Positions 39,001 to 52,600 of a stretch of 64,000 nt of DNA are shown piece after piece. Position 1 is the stretch's first letter. Each line of letters opens with the position of its first letter. The notes under the pieces are model-generated. The model searched no databases. It was not told the DNA's origin and saw only the letters and a list, made by a program, of their open reading frames with translations. The position numbers and the translations under genes are program-made. This stretch comes from Takakia lepidozioides (taxonomy: Eukaryota > Plantae > Bryophyta). The stretch lies in the NCBI GenBank assembly GCA_030704615.1, contig CM060732.1:35092001-35156000 (forward strand). Reading direction: 5' to 3'.

Positions 39001-40292
39001 TTGTTTGTTTGTTTGTTTGTTTTGTTTTGTTTTGTAGCGTTGAGATCTCCCAAACCGCGAGGCCCCGAGTGCTGGTGCTTGGTCCCGTTGGAAAGCCCTC
39101 AACGAGGAGGGGTGCATGGGCTTGGTCTCATGATTTTGGGACCTGTGGTGTGGGAGATGTGGAATTTCAAGTACTTTGGGTCCTTGGAAATTCTCGAAAG
39201 ATTGCAAAGTGGGCAATCTTGGACAAAGATTGGAGCCTCGACATGAGAGATATGAAGGGGAAGGTCTCCGGTTCAAATCTGGTCGTAGGCTCTGTGGTGA
39301 AAAAATGATGAGAAATGGCTAAAACAAATTTCAAGTACTTTGGTTGCTGGACAATGATTGTCTCGAAAAATTGCAAAGTGAAATTCCTGGGACAATGGTT
39401 GGAGCCTCGAGAGGAGAGATATAAATGGAAAGGTCTCCGGTTCAAAACTGGTCGTAAGCTTTGTGGCATTTGGACTTAGATGACATTGGACCCTTGGGCC
39501 AATGGTAGAGGCTACCCTAGAGGTCACATTTGGGCCTCGACATAGGAGACGCACAAGGATACATATAAAATTGCACTTGGTCTTATGATTTCAATTTTTC
39601 ACACATGGGCCAACGGCAGAGGCTACCCTAGCGATCGCACTTCGGCCTGGACATGGGAGACGTACTTGGATACATAGGAGATTACACTTGGGCCAACGGC
39701 AGAGGCTACCCTAGAGGTTGCACTTGGGCCTCAACATAGGAGACACACTTGCATACATAGGAAATTGCACTTGGGCTTAGATGACACTTGACACTTGGGC
39801 CAACGGCATAGGCTACCCTAGTCAATATGAAGCGAGACGTTTGTTTGTTTGTTTTGTAGCGTTGCTCGATGTCCCAAACCGCGTGGCCCTAGCCCTGGTG
39901 CCTGGTACCGTTGGAAAGCCCTCAATGAGGAGGGGTGCACCCGCTTGGTCTCATGATTTTTGGACTAATCGTGCGGGAGATGTGGAATTTCAAGTACTTT
40001 TGGTCGTCGGAAATTTGCAAAAAATAGCAAAGTGCGCTTTTTTGTAACAATGATTGGAGCCTCATGGGAGATATATCAATAATGATTGAATACCTATATT
40101 ACTACTCAATAAATTCATTGAAAAAAATAAATCGGGCCTTGACATGGGAGAAGTACTTGGATACATAAGAGAGTGCACTTGGGCTTACATGGTCCACTCA
40201 GTAGGAGATGCACTTGGATATACCATAGGAAATTGCACTTGGTCTTATAGTTTAATTCTTCACACATGGGCCAACGGCACAGGCTACCCTAA
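35633..40292. mobile_element. Array of non-autonomous Helitron-like elements with internal tandem subrepeats, arranged as a large inverted structure
   Basis: Units start TCAATATATGAAGCGAGAC and end GGGCCAACGGCACAGGCTACCCTAG; left half on -, right half on +, switch near 37965. Confidence 0.7.
35985..36030. repeat. (AT)n microsatellite
   Basis: Directly visible. Confidence 0.95.
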
Positions 40293-40696
40293 TATAGAGT
40301 GAAGGGAGCCCATGAGGTCCATCAACTGGTACCCTCTAGTTACTACTAGAATCTCACATCTTACCTGAATTGAAGTTACAGAGGTAAAACGTTGAAGTTA
40401 GAATGTTACCGTTTAGTATATTTTTCGGGGGACTGCAGCAATTTCCCCTTTGTGTGGATGGGCAATTTAGGGTTTCACTGTAGGTGTTGAGTGTTAACGA
40501 GGAAGAAGCTTAACGTTTGTTTTCGCAGGCAAATCCAAGATGAAACAATCATCTAAGCTGCGTGCCAGAGGTCCTTCGGAATGAGGGTCCGTCTGTTTGT
40601 CTAGCATCTCAGAACGCGAGGTGCAAAAGAGCCGATTCTCTGCCCTTTGGGTACTCAACTGCAATGCGCATTCCAGAAAGTTGATTTTCTATAAGC

Positions 40697-43600
40697 ATGA
40701 GGGGTTGGGAGGCATTGAATGCTGTGCATGTGGGCGATCAAAAGCTTCTGCAATCCGTATTGGACGGAGATGGAATCCCTCTGCCGACTCTTTTCCAATG
40801 GATTGATGCCCCCAGTGGCCCGGAGCCTCCCTCTTCCCCGCCTCTCACACCTCCCACGGCAAATCAGACCCCCATAAACAGTCAGGTACTCTTTCCTGTG
40901 TTTTCTTCAAACGAATGTGAGCAGAATTTTATCTTTTCTTTCCACAAGATGTTGGAGTACCATAACATGATCCTCAATGGCTCAATCTCCAAGTTAGATT
41001 CTCCTGTCGTGAAACCACAGATAACCCATGGCCAGAGGTAATAAGGTTTTGGGTTGGATTGATGTTCAAATAAACAGAGAATCCAGTGGGGTTAATCATC
41101 CACGCTTCTTTCCACCTTGGTGGAATTTGAAGGAAAGAACTGAAATAATTGAGTCATATTTTCAGTTCTGGGGATTTCTTTTGAATTCATCAATTCAGGA
41201 CATGCCCCTACAACACGCAACAGAGTTTTTTTTTTAGATTGACCGGATACATTTCTGGAGTATGAAAGCTTTTGGATGGTTCTTTTTTGCTGCATATCCA
41301 GGTAAGGGAGTTTAGTGAGTGCTTTGTTGGGAAAGTCAAAGGAGCCTTGTGGGAGTGCCTACATCACAACTTGTCTTCTCTGCCTCCAAAGCTTGTCAGT
41401 ATGCAGTCACTGGCAGATGGAATTGCATGAGTTGACAACTCTGATTCAGTGCTCCGTTGGAGTTAGGAGTAATAATTTCTTTGGTTGTTGATCCAGCCGA
41501 TGCAGGCAAGAGCTGCTCCACCCTGCCAGTCACTTGGTTCTGTCGAGTGGGAGCCATGGAATGAGCAATTAGCTGACATCACTCCCCAGTCCTTTGCTGT
41601 AGCCTTTCTAAAGCATGTGAGAGCTCTGTTGCAACCCATACTAGTAGCAAAAGATTGTTATAAAGACACAGTTGCAAACCCAATATGTCCAAATCGCGAG
41701 GCCGAGCGCGTCTGCCCTCAGGAGGTTCAAGTGCTAGGGAAGATAGCCGAAGAAGAAGAGCCCTTGAAGCTCATGGTGAAATCGTCCTCACAACTTAGAC
41801 CACGTGCTGGTCCAAATGGGAACTCTGTGTTTGGAAATTTGGTTACATCAAAACAGAGGGAAAGGCGCAAGACTGGGGTGGATGAGAGTGCCAGTAACGA
41901 CAGAAGTGTGCAACTTATTGCAGCTTCAAAGATGGTGGGAGCACCAGCCTATGAGGAAGACTTCCCTGCTCTTGGAAGACGAACCACAGGCAATGTCTCG
42001 AAGACTGCCACCCTGCAGTCTAAACAGGTGCTTTTGATTACATCCTTTGGACTCGAATGTATTGTGTCTGTATGTTCACGTCAGTATTTGCACAGCTGCA
42101 AATGTATCTTGAAGGATTTTTCTTCCTTAGATTTCGTTGCAAGTGTAAGCTGCAATCTACGTTAGTGGAACTTTCACTTGGCCAACAATGAGCGAAATGC
42201 ATGGTGGCGAAGTCAACTTCATGATCAAAGCTGCGTATTGGTAAGGTGCTATAGCAGGAGGGGAAATAGCAGTTGGTGGGAAGGCTTTGGGATATCAAAG
42301 GTGGTGATTTTTGTCCAAGCTGAGGGACGGTGAACCAAGATCCTTACAAGCACATTAATGCCTTATCGTTGGCTCTGTCATGCAATAAGGTTTCTATTCC
42401 TCGGTGGGAACTGGCTTTAACTTCTGTAAATCCCTCTCTCTTACCAGCAGGTCTGCTTCTTTGTAGACAATCGTATGATGTTGAACTCGGAGTGTCACAG
42501 AAGACCCTATGTAGTTTTGGCTTGTTCATTCTGTCGAACGTCTTTGGGTCTACTTCTTAATATAATCTAGAATTGTTTTCAGAAGCGAAGAGTCACTCCC
42601 ACCCCAATGGCGAATCCAGTGGTCGATGGCGCATTCATACTGGCAAAAGTGGAGGCTCCACTGGTTCAGACAAATAAACCTAAATTTCCAGGTGGAGGGC
42701 GATTAAAGGTGGATATGGACGTCCTCATGCAAAGGTTTGAAGAGAAACGGAGGCAGAAACAAAAGGAGAAGCCTGAGGCTTGCAAAAAGGAGGCCTCAAA
42801 TCCCTGGACTTTGGAGGGACCTGAGTTTGGGTCAGGGGTATCCATCCCAAGTCAGCGTTTGTCTGTACAGCAGCCGTCTTCAGCTTCTGTGTCTGAGACA
42901 AAGGTGGTTGGAAACTTGGATGGCATCACAACAAATGATAGTACTTCTACAGAGCAGAGGGTCAAGGTATAATAACTCCAAGATTACTGCCCTAGCTCTT
43001 GCGCTTCATATTGCAGATGGAGTTCTAAAAACCTGTGGACACCCATCTCATGGCAAGGTTGGGGTGTGTGTGAATAGGGTTCTAGTGGGAACTGTTCTGC
43101 TGAAGTGGTCTATGTATGCTCTTGAATTGCAAGCTACTTAACCCCATTGATACCGAGGTAATTGATCTTTAATGGTGGCACTCATGATGCTGTCTGAACC
43201 AGGTGGCCATGGCAAATAAGACTCTGTCTGCCTCACTTGAGCAGGCAATCTCCATTCCAGTACACAGTGGTCAGGCACGGCATTCCTCTGAGAGTCGAAC
43301 CAGTGATATCACCTCCCCATGCCCATTGTCGAAGGAGTTGGGCAGAATGGCAAGAGTGCATGCAACACTGATAGTGGCAAGATTGGTGCCATCATTGCTA
43401 GAAGAACTGCATCTGTTGCTGCTGCTTTTGAGCTTGGAGCCCACATTGGTTGCACAGCAACCTATTCAGGGTTTGCAGCTCCTGTTTTGCAATGGTGACG
43501 ATTGTGCAGCTTATGCATGCACAGTCTTGGATCAAGCTGGTCGCATCTTAGATTGCGGTATGCAAGACGACTACTTTCCAAACTTTGATAGGATGGTGTT

Positions 43601-46600
43601 TGAACAAAGAAACTAGGACACTTTTCAAACCTGGGCTTAGAATCTGAGGATGTAACATTCCCAAGTGTCACTCCATTATTTATGTCCTGAAAGATTTCAG
43701 TAAGGGCTGAGCTTGAATTCAATGGGACGAAATATGTGTTAAAGTTGAGTACCCTAACCTGAAAGGAAGTTGCACTTTTTGAATGCTGTGAATGGTCCCA
43801 GATGCTGAGTGCTCTGTCTGCAGCAGATATTTAAAAATAATTTGTTCTTCAAAGAAGCCATGTTTCTTGATCTTATTGATGAAATAATGAAGGACGTTAT
43901 GTCCCTCGTTTCATCTTAGACACACTTTTTGACTCTCCCTGAGTAGTGGTTTCTCCCATGTCTCTTTTGCAGTTGGAGAGCATTTACTTCTGGCATTAAT
44001 TGAGGAACCTGCCATAGCTCGTCATTCCCCCACCCTTCTTGGGCGCCTGAAAGCCTCTCTGGGTGCCCATCAAGCTGCAGCACTGCGAAGCTTCAAGGCG
44101 TATGAGGCTGCAAGTTGTCGCAATGGGGCATTTGAACATTCCCCTAATGGAGGTGTGCTTAGACCAAGGAGCTGGACAATAGTGGGTCTGCCTGTGTCTC
44201 TACCATTTCAGGCTGCCCGTGATTCTCGCAACATCTTCAAGACTCATGTAACCTGACAGTAATTTTAACTAAACAAAATTCAAAGGATTGGGGTGGCGGG
44301 TAGCATTCTTATGGGTGAAACTCAGTGGATATATTGTATCTGTTAAAAGTTCTGCTGCTGGAGAGATCATATTTTGGCAGATAAGCACAAAGAGATTTCG
44401 AGGGCTTTGAAGCCATTTGTGTCATATACAGGAGGAGCAGAGAGTTTACAACAATCGGGAACAGTGTCGTGACCAGTTCTATGCCATTGTCGGGGGGGCA
44501 GCATCCACCTACAGTGCCTTTGGCTGGGCTGCCAGTGGCTCTGAGGATCAGGGATACCGTAAGACAAAAGAGGGGGTGATGCACTTTCTGCAGGTGCTGC
44601 TGGTCGAGAACTACCCTTGGTTTGCCGGTAAGTCAGTGGCATTTGTCTTCAGAGACAGAAAGTAGTCCATAAACCACAACCATAACTACATGCCACATTG
44701 GTGGCTACAATGAGGGTGACTTAAACAGCAGCAACACTGGAAAGTTGCTTGTTTATAGAACAGATTGTATAGACCTGCAACTGGACTCTACACTGGTTGT
44801 CGCAGCCCAGTCATAGGTTGGAGAGGGTGGGCCCTTAGTGCCAAGTCAGAAGTCTTCTTCACCGTGGGAAATTACTGATGTGGTTCCAGAGCGGCTGATC
44901 AGATTTTAATGTGCTTCACAGCTATCCAGAGTGGAGTTGTGGTATGGATAGAGGCTTCATGCCAAGTACTATTGGAGTTTTGAAATCTAATATTCAATGA
45001 AGAATTTTCTCTGCAGTGAAGCTGCAATCATCATTCTACCAGAAGATCAAGGCTGCTTTTCACTTTCATTGTGCTCAGGTTTCTGCTAAAGTAATGGGCT
45101 GAAACTGCTTGACAACTGCAGAGGAAGGTTCTCCGGCAAGTTTCTCAGGGAATCTGGATTAACAATTAGTCAGCTTTTCTGCATTCAGTTTTAGTTTTAT
45201 GTGAACCTACAACCTAAGCACAAATCTCAGAAAATGCTGTAGTTTGAGAGTCCCTGGGAGCAGGCTTATATTTCTCACACGGTTTTGCTTCTGTTGTGCA
45301 GAACTGTTTCTCGAGCAAGTTCTTCAGGTGAGCTTATTTGATCTGTTAGGACCCTCTTGCCACAATATTCTGAAGCTCATTTTCATTGTGAGAGCAATGA
45401 AAACATTCTCCATGTGTCCCCAAATGCTATGGAATATTCACAGGTTCAGACAGCCTCAAGCGAATGCAATTGTGTTGGCATAACAATGTCAAACTGCAGT
45501 CCAGGTGTACAGAATTTTAGCAGTAGTTGAGATGACAATATACTCAACTTAGGCATGTGATATTGGGTGCTCCTGGTAAACCATCGGCCCTTTTTGTGTG
45601 CTAGGCTTCTTCTTGGGGAGAGACAGACCCAAAAGTAACCAGTCTAGCTGGACAAGATCCAGCAAAGCTGCAACGACTCCATGATCGACTGACTTCCTCA
45701 GGGAGTACTTGTCTTATGGTTGGCATGAATCAAAGCTCCAGTGGTCCAGGTAGTGGGGAAGATCGACTCACCCTTTCGCCCAACAGCCCTTGGAGCCAGG
45801 TGAAAGGCATTGGACAGAGAGTATTTTCATTGAAAACTGGTGGGCCCAATGAATGTGTTGCTGCCAAGTCACAGGTTTGAACATTCTCTTCTGCTGTCAC
45901 CATTATTTGAGCAGTTGCATCTTTTCTGGGAGCAGGTTGAATTTTCTGACCTGCAATTGGGATTTGAATCTTAGGTCTATTGTCTGTTCTCTTACAGTTG
46001 TACTACAGACTTTGGAGCTCTTTGTATTGCATGAGGGTGTTGTCAGTTTGTAAGCATGCAAGTGAAAGGTTTGTATTGACAATGTCACTTGTGTTACCCA
46101 GGCTGTATTATGACTGTACACCCGTCTGCACATTTCGGGAGGTGTTTAAAATTGTTGTCCGAAAAAAATATGTGCATCTTTTGCTGCAATAATGAAAATA
46201 TGGACTCTATACCTTCCACAGGTTTTGAACAAGGGGAGGAGTTCAGTTGGATCTTCCAAGGAGCCAGCTTTGTTCCAGGCCGATGCATGGAGCAGATATT
46301 TAGGGTACTTCCCACAAGCGCTGTGGGCTTACATCTGGTTTCTGCAAGCAGCAGATAGTGATCGCTTGAACACTCAGATGGTCTGGAGCATCAAGGGAAA
46401 AATTGTTGTTCTAACAGAGTAATCATCAGCATCTCTCTTTCCATCTATCAAGATCCCTTTGTCACTTCTTAATTGCTTCCTTACTGCCTGCCTCAGTGGT
46501 TCTGTCATAAGCTTTGTGCTGTTCTCTTCTAGCTTGACTTTGGTATGGTTGGATTGTAGTGGCATATATCCTCTTGCAAATTTTGAAGGATGCTATGTTT

Positions 46601-49600
46601 AGCAGGTTTTTCTTGGATATCCTTGAATTTTAAGTTGTATCCGTTACTTAACGTGCACCTCTGTGTACTGGACAACAACGTCAGGCAGGTTCATAATGGT
46701 GCTGATAATTATCTAAATTAAGCAACCTAGCCTGTACTTAGCACTTGGAACTGTGTAACTGTAGTATATATGCACTGCTGCATGGCTTGGCCCTTCAGTG
46801 ACAGCAATGCTCTTGGTCAATTCAGGATCTTGAAGGGTAGGAGCACATGTCTCCCCTTAGTATATGGTGTGAATCCTGCAAGAGGACTTACTGTTGAACA
46901 GGTTTTGGGTCAGCCAAATATGGATCGCTGTTTTATCACCTGATTGCAAGTCTCATTTCTATATTACATCCATGTTTTCTGTACTTATTATTACCCAGGC
47001 TCATTTGGTTTTAATCATTTGGCCTCAACAAGGCAGATGCTTTTCTTCATTGGATGCTCATCTCGGTTGCAGGCTTCCTCCCCATTCACGGGATGCAGCA
47101 GACATTGGGTCAGGCTTCACACAAAGAGTGCTTGCTCTGAAGGCACTGGCAGGACTGCTTGGGTAAGCAGCCAAAGTATTCTTGCTTTAAGTATGTATAT
47201 TTTGACTAAAGTAAGGTTGTACCTAGTACAATCTAGAGCTTCACCATGATTGTGAAACTAATGAATTTGACGGCTGTGTAAGTTCTGGAATCATGCCCTG
47301 TGTGGCACAGCTTGAGCCTGATTTATTCCACTGGGTGGTTCTGAGACAGGTATCTCTTTGTCTCTCCAGGAGCTGGTGCCTGGCCACCTGCACAAGCGGG
47401 GACATCATGGGACTTGGCAAGATCCGAGCCTCCAATTGATATTGTGACAATTTTAGGCAAGGCGCGAATTCAGGGGTCCATTCTTCTTAATCTGCCCTGG
47501 GTACTGGAATTCCTCCGCTTGCTAAAGGTGTGCACTTTTTACCTGAGTGCTTGAGGTAGGTAGCCCATAAACCTGATTGAAGTACTCTGCCAACCGGCTC
47601 CCTGAACTTTGATGGACACAAGCAACTTCTCTAAGTGAATCTGGCTGGGTAAAACTTATCTCCCGATCCAAAGTTCTTGGTCAAAGAGCCAGTGCAAGCA
47701 ATTATTAACCCTCAATGCCCAGTGTCATAGTTTGACTTTTTCAAAATATAGGACCCCTGTAGTAATAAAGTGGTGTGACTTTTAGAAAGTTATATTTTTT
47801 AAGAACCTGACCGCAGATTACGTGCGTACCTTCCTCCTGCACCCACCTGCCAGTTTCCAGGTCAATCAGCCCCAGATCCAGAAAACACCACCGTTGCAAG
47901 TGGGGCCCATTGGAAAAACATAACTTCCTTTGGCAGTTTTTTAAGATTTGGGTGGCGGGATCAACTCGGAGATTAGTAGGGTTTCATCCCCTTGGGGATC
48001 CCTCATCCAACAAGCCAAAAACAGTCCAATTTGGCCAACTCATGTGGTGCGGCCACTTGGTCCAACCTGGGCAAACCCCCTCACAATGACCCTCTCACAC
48101 ACGTGTGAAGAAAGCTTAGCATGAAAATGAGAGAATTACCTTCATTGAAACCTGACCCCCTTGCTTGTGTGATGAGACAACTTTGCTTTAACTTGAAATT
48201 AGGGCAATCAGCTGCCAAATCCTGGCAGTCCACGACAGGGGCCATTCTATGGCACCAATTTCATAAAAATTGAAGCACATCTGAAAATATTTAAATAGAC
48301 GCTGAAGCCCGGTTTGGGCCTGGGGCATTTAAGGTTTAATGTGCAAACACTGTAGGATTTTGTCAAAAAGAATCTTTAATCCGAGTAATGATTTTTGCAG
48401 GCAGATTGGCAAGCACTCGCGTGCCCTCAGTTTCAGACAGTTCTCTCCACAATTCGAGATGTGTATTTGCTGCCAATGCTGGATCCTCGATGTGCCGACT
48501 TTGGGGTATGCCAGCTTTGCAGGGATTCACGTGGCCCATAAATATCCATCTACATACACTTGAACCATCATCATACCTGATTGCGTAGAATCGGATTGGG
48601 TACAAATAGCTTTGTAGAATTATTGCAAAATTTCCAGATCATTGTGGTGAATTTACATTGTAGCACCTAACTGAGACATATGAAACAAAATTATTTCTTT
48701 GGTTTCAATGGAACTGGGTGATATGATTGGGACATTCCTCTAACCAATCCTCCATGCTAGTACTGAACGAGAATCCTCTAAGCATATATGCTATTCTGAT
48801 TTCAGCTAGTCTGTGTGTACCTTGCAGATAGTTGAGAATGACAATATTCTAGTAGCAATTCTAGCAGCAACCCACAGTACAGGGTAAATGTGCCGAAGTA
48901 TCTCATTTTAAGGTGGGGATTGCAGGTGGCCAGTATCTGTATTCTAGCTGCCTTGGATGGATTCTTTGAGTACATGGAACTATCTCCTTGCAACACAAAC
49001 AGCTGGTCCAAGAAAAGATCATACCCCCTACATTCGGTAGTCAAGGAGCGTGCTGGCACAAGAGGAATGGAGAGAATGTCACAGTTTGAGCTGCCAGGAC
49101 AAGAAGAGCACACAGGTTTTGAGGGACTCGACACGATGCTGGGGATTGTGGATATGCGCTATATCCAGCACTGCTGCCCCCTGCTCATGGTGGGAAACTC
49201 GTTATATTTCATCTATCCTTTCTTATCTGATTTGTCTGAGGTACCCAACACATGTATACAGATGCGTCCTCTGTCTCTTCATCTTGTCTAGTCTAGTTGT
49301 ATCTTCCCTCCGTCCCCAGTCTTTACCCAACAACCCCCCCTTTCCCTTTTTTCTTCTTGGTCTTAGCAGGGCATCTGTTGCCTCGAAGGCTATGGCAAAC
49401 AGAATCTCATGAGGTGTCCTCTCCACGGGTAGTTCACTTGCTGAGTCTGTGCTGAAATAACCAGCTTTGATTTGGCTCATTATGTCCATTGACACAAGGT
49501 TACCCTCTGGTAAGTTTGACGAGCTTTCTTTACAAGTGCTGATATATTAGAAACAGGAAAGTAAGTCTGTGGCAGGTGCATCTGCTTCATGCAGGACATT

Positions 49601-52600
49601 AAGGGTGTTCTAGTGGAAGGAAAGAAGCGCAGGCAACGGCAGCAGGAGCCCAATGGGCCTGAAAGCCCCGGACTGTTAAGCACAAGATCCCTCCGGAAGA
49701 TTACACCTGTTCAGCGCCCATGGCCCTCCCAACCCCTGGACATTTCAGGCAGTATGATGGTGGGGGATAACCTTTCCTCAAGCAAACTCTCTGCTTCAAA
49801 GGAAGACCACCTTAAGTGGATGCTGCAGGTTTGTCTCTATGTGGCTAGTAAGTCGGGTGTCCCTTTTTTGCTCTAGGGTCTCAGGCTGAGTTCTATAATT
49901 GGAAGTAAATGAGGAACGAGTTGTTTTACAGGTTTGTATAAAGTGGTTAATACATAGACTACTTCATACATCTTCACAAGGCAAGGATGACTAGTTCTCC
50001 CATCGACTAAGTTACAGCAACTCTTGTGGCTGGCTGGCTGGATGGATGTAATCACAGCGAACATTTCTGGAGCAAAGACCCCTTTTGCGGAGGGTTGCTG
50101 ACTTTGTTGTTGACACAGTGGCTAGCAACACAGCACGCGCTGCAGTGCTCAGGGTGGTGCCACCGGCTCTGCACAATGCCCTCCAAAAGCTGCAGGTTTA
50201 CTCCCTGGACTCACTGATGGTTCATAACATGAGGTACTGCTCAGTGGAAATGTCTGTTTCGAGGTGTATACCACTATATTTCTGCTCTGTTTGTGTTTAT
50301 TTTCTAAAGACAAATTCTGCATGACCAAGTTCTCTTAAAAGTCCAGGGTTGGGGATGTGTTGATGTAACGGTGTAATGCTCTAAAGCTAGCGATGATCGA
50401 GCTCACCACACTGAGAGAGAGGATGTACTCTTAAGACATTTGCCGTAGCCTTGTGGCCGGAGACTCCGCAGAGAGAGAGAATGTACTCATGAGACGTTTG
50501 TCTCACTCCAGTAGTGGGCTTACCTTGGTATAAACAATTGGTTCGGGCTTTTCAGATTTCCTCTAGAAAGCCCTTCACACAAGCATCAATCTGCTGTGTG
50601 TGAGCTGCCCCAGCAATTAGACCCCAACAGGGCCAGGGCTTTAGCCTCTGCCTTGAGATGTTGAAAGTTGGTGAGCAGAGGTGCAGGGACTACGTTCTTG
50701 ATGGTCCTGAAGAGGGTCACTCTGTAATGAGAATACCCTGGACATTTGTATCGGAAATGGATATTGTCTTCAGGCCGCCCGCACATTGGGCCTTGACAAT
50801 CTCCCTTTCCTCTCTGCATCTGTTTTTTGGTTAAACCCCCTACCTTGAGTCTAAATTCAGTCTAGTGCCAAGGGTAGGTAGGCCCTTCAGATCATCCTTA
50901 AGGTCCTCACCCATGTCACAAACTGGAAACAAGTTCAGGGAGGTTTTATCGTTTTTGGTTGGACATTCTCTATGCTTCTGACATGGCCTTAGACACTTCA
51001 ACCTCCAACTCAGCTTCATCTAGCAGAGTCAGTTCTTCCTGCCTAATGAAAATCTCCTCTACCTCTTACCGCTACATTTTAGCCTGTTTAACAGGATGGT
51101 CTTAAGAGTCGATCATCTTTGGGTATCTGGTATTATTTATGCGATTCAACTGACCCACCATCTGACCTTGTACTCATCATGTCGAGAGAGCTCACGCGTG
51201 GTATGGCCAACTCGCTATTCTAGAGCACACTGACATGCTCTCTTTGAGCACCAAAAACTGAATGAATTCTGAAGTGTTAGAATGTTTGGAGTTGGCCTCC
51301 CACACGGCAGATGGGTACTCCAAAGTAGGCCTAATGAGGTTGCAAAGCATGTTCCTTTTTACTTACAGTATTAATCCCTCTGCAGTGGAAAAATGCCTAA
51401 AAGCTTTCTGTTGACTGTTTGGACCACTTCTTGTATATGCGCATCCCAGTTACATGGACATGGGGCACTAAAGAGATCCCTGTGCTTCCCTGTGCTCCCT
51501 TCCTACACATATCTTAGTGTTGAGTTTTCCTCCAGTTGGATCCCCCCCTCCCTCCCCATGATCATTGAAGGCCACCAACTCTCATTTACTAACATTGGCT
51601 TCTAGCCTCCACAGGTCAAAGTACCTCTTTGCACAATCAATCAACTCCTGAAGATTGGATGGGGATGAGTGAGAGAGAAAAAAACCTCAATCGCCCATAT
51701 CAGAATACACACCCACAGACGAAGTGCCTCATACAGGTTAGGATAAAATGGAACTCTGTATCTGCTTCCTTTTTGGGTGGTACAGACAGGACAGATTGTA
51801 GCCTGGGAGGGTTGTGTTACTCTAGGGCAACTCAGAAGGTGCCAGAGGCCCTTGTGAGGTAGGTTGAGAACCTACCATGAGGAGTCATGCACACATCCAG
51901 GGAGAGAGTTATGTATATGGCCACAAATCTTGGCCTCACTTCCTCCATGTTGGGGTAAGTGGCTGAAATCCCCAGCTGGAAGAAGAGATAGAGAACCAGA
52001 GTTGGAAGCTGATTGCCATGGAACAGTAGATCTGCTTGTATAGTAGACTAGGCTTAAGTCAGCTGCTCTCTTGACTTCCACAATGCAGGTGGTGTTTTCA
52101 GGTAATGCCGTGGAGTTAGTAGGGTTGTCTGAATCAGAGGATCGAGAATTGAGCACAATTAGAGGTGGCCAGGTGGAGGCAGCAGCAGAACATGTAAGAG
52201 TAGGCCACCTTTTGCTTCCCAACTCAGTAGGCCAAGTCATTCTCAGCACCATCATGCATGACAGCACTATGTGCTTGACTAGGTTTGCAGCTTAGTTGCA
52301 GTGTCAATATTTCTTGTCATGAGAAGAGTATCATTTGGCGAATGTGTGCAGATTATTACAACCGCAATCCATGAGGCACTGGCCCCTGCCTTGGAGTACG
52401 CAAAAACTTACGCTGCAGAGAGGACGGCAAAGGCACTGGATGCCTTGGCTGATCCGGAAGAGCCCTCATTTGTCCTGGGAGTTGCTGCTGGTCTCTTCCC
52501 TAACGCCTTCACGGTTTGCCAAATGAATTTGATTTGTATCTTGAATTGATGTGATATTGATAGGTTGCTAAATGTGTTATTGTCAGCCTCAATACAAGGG

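Noticed and set aside
36119-40047. Many similar short ORFs
   Set aside because: Products of the repeated non-coding Helitron-like units
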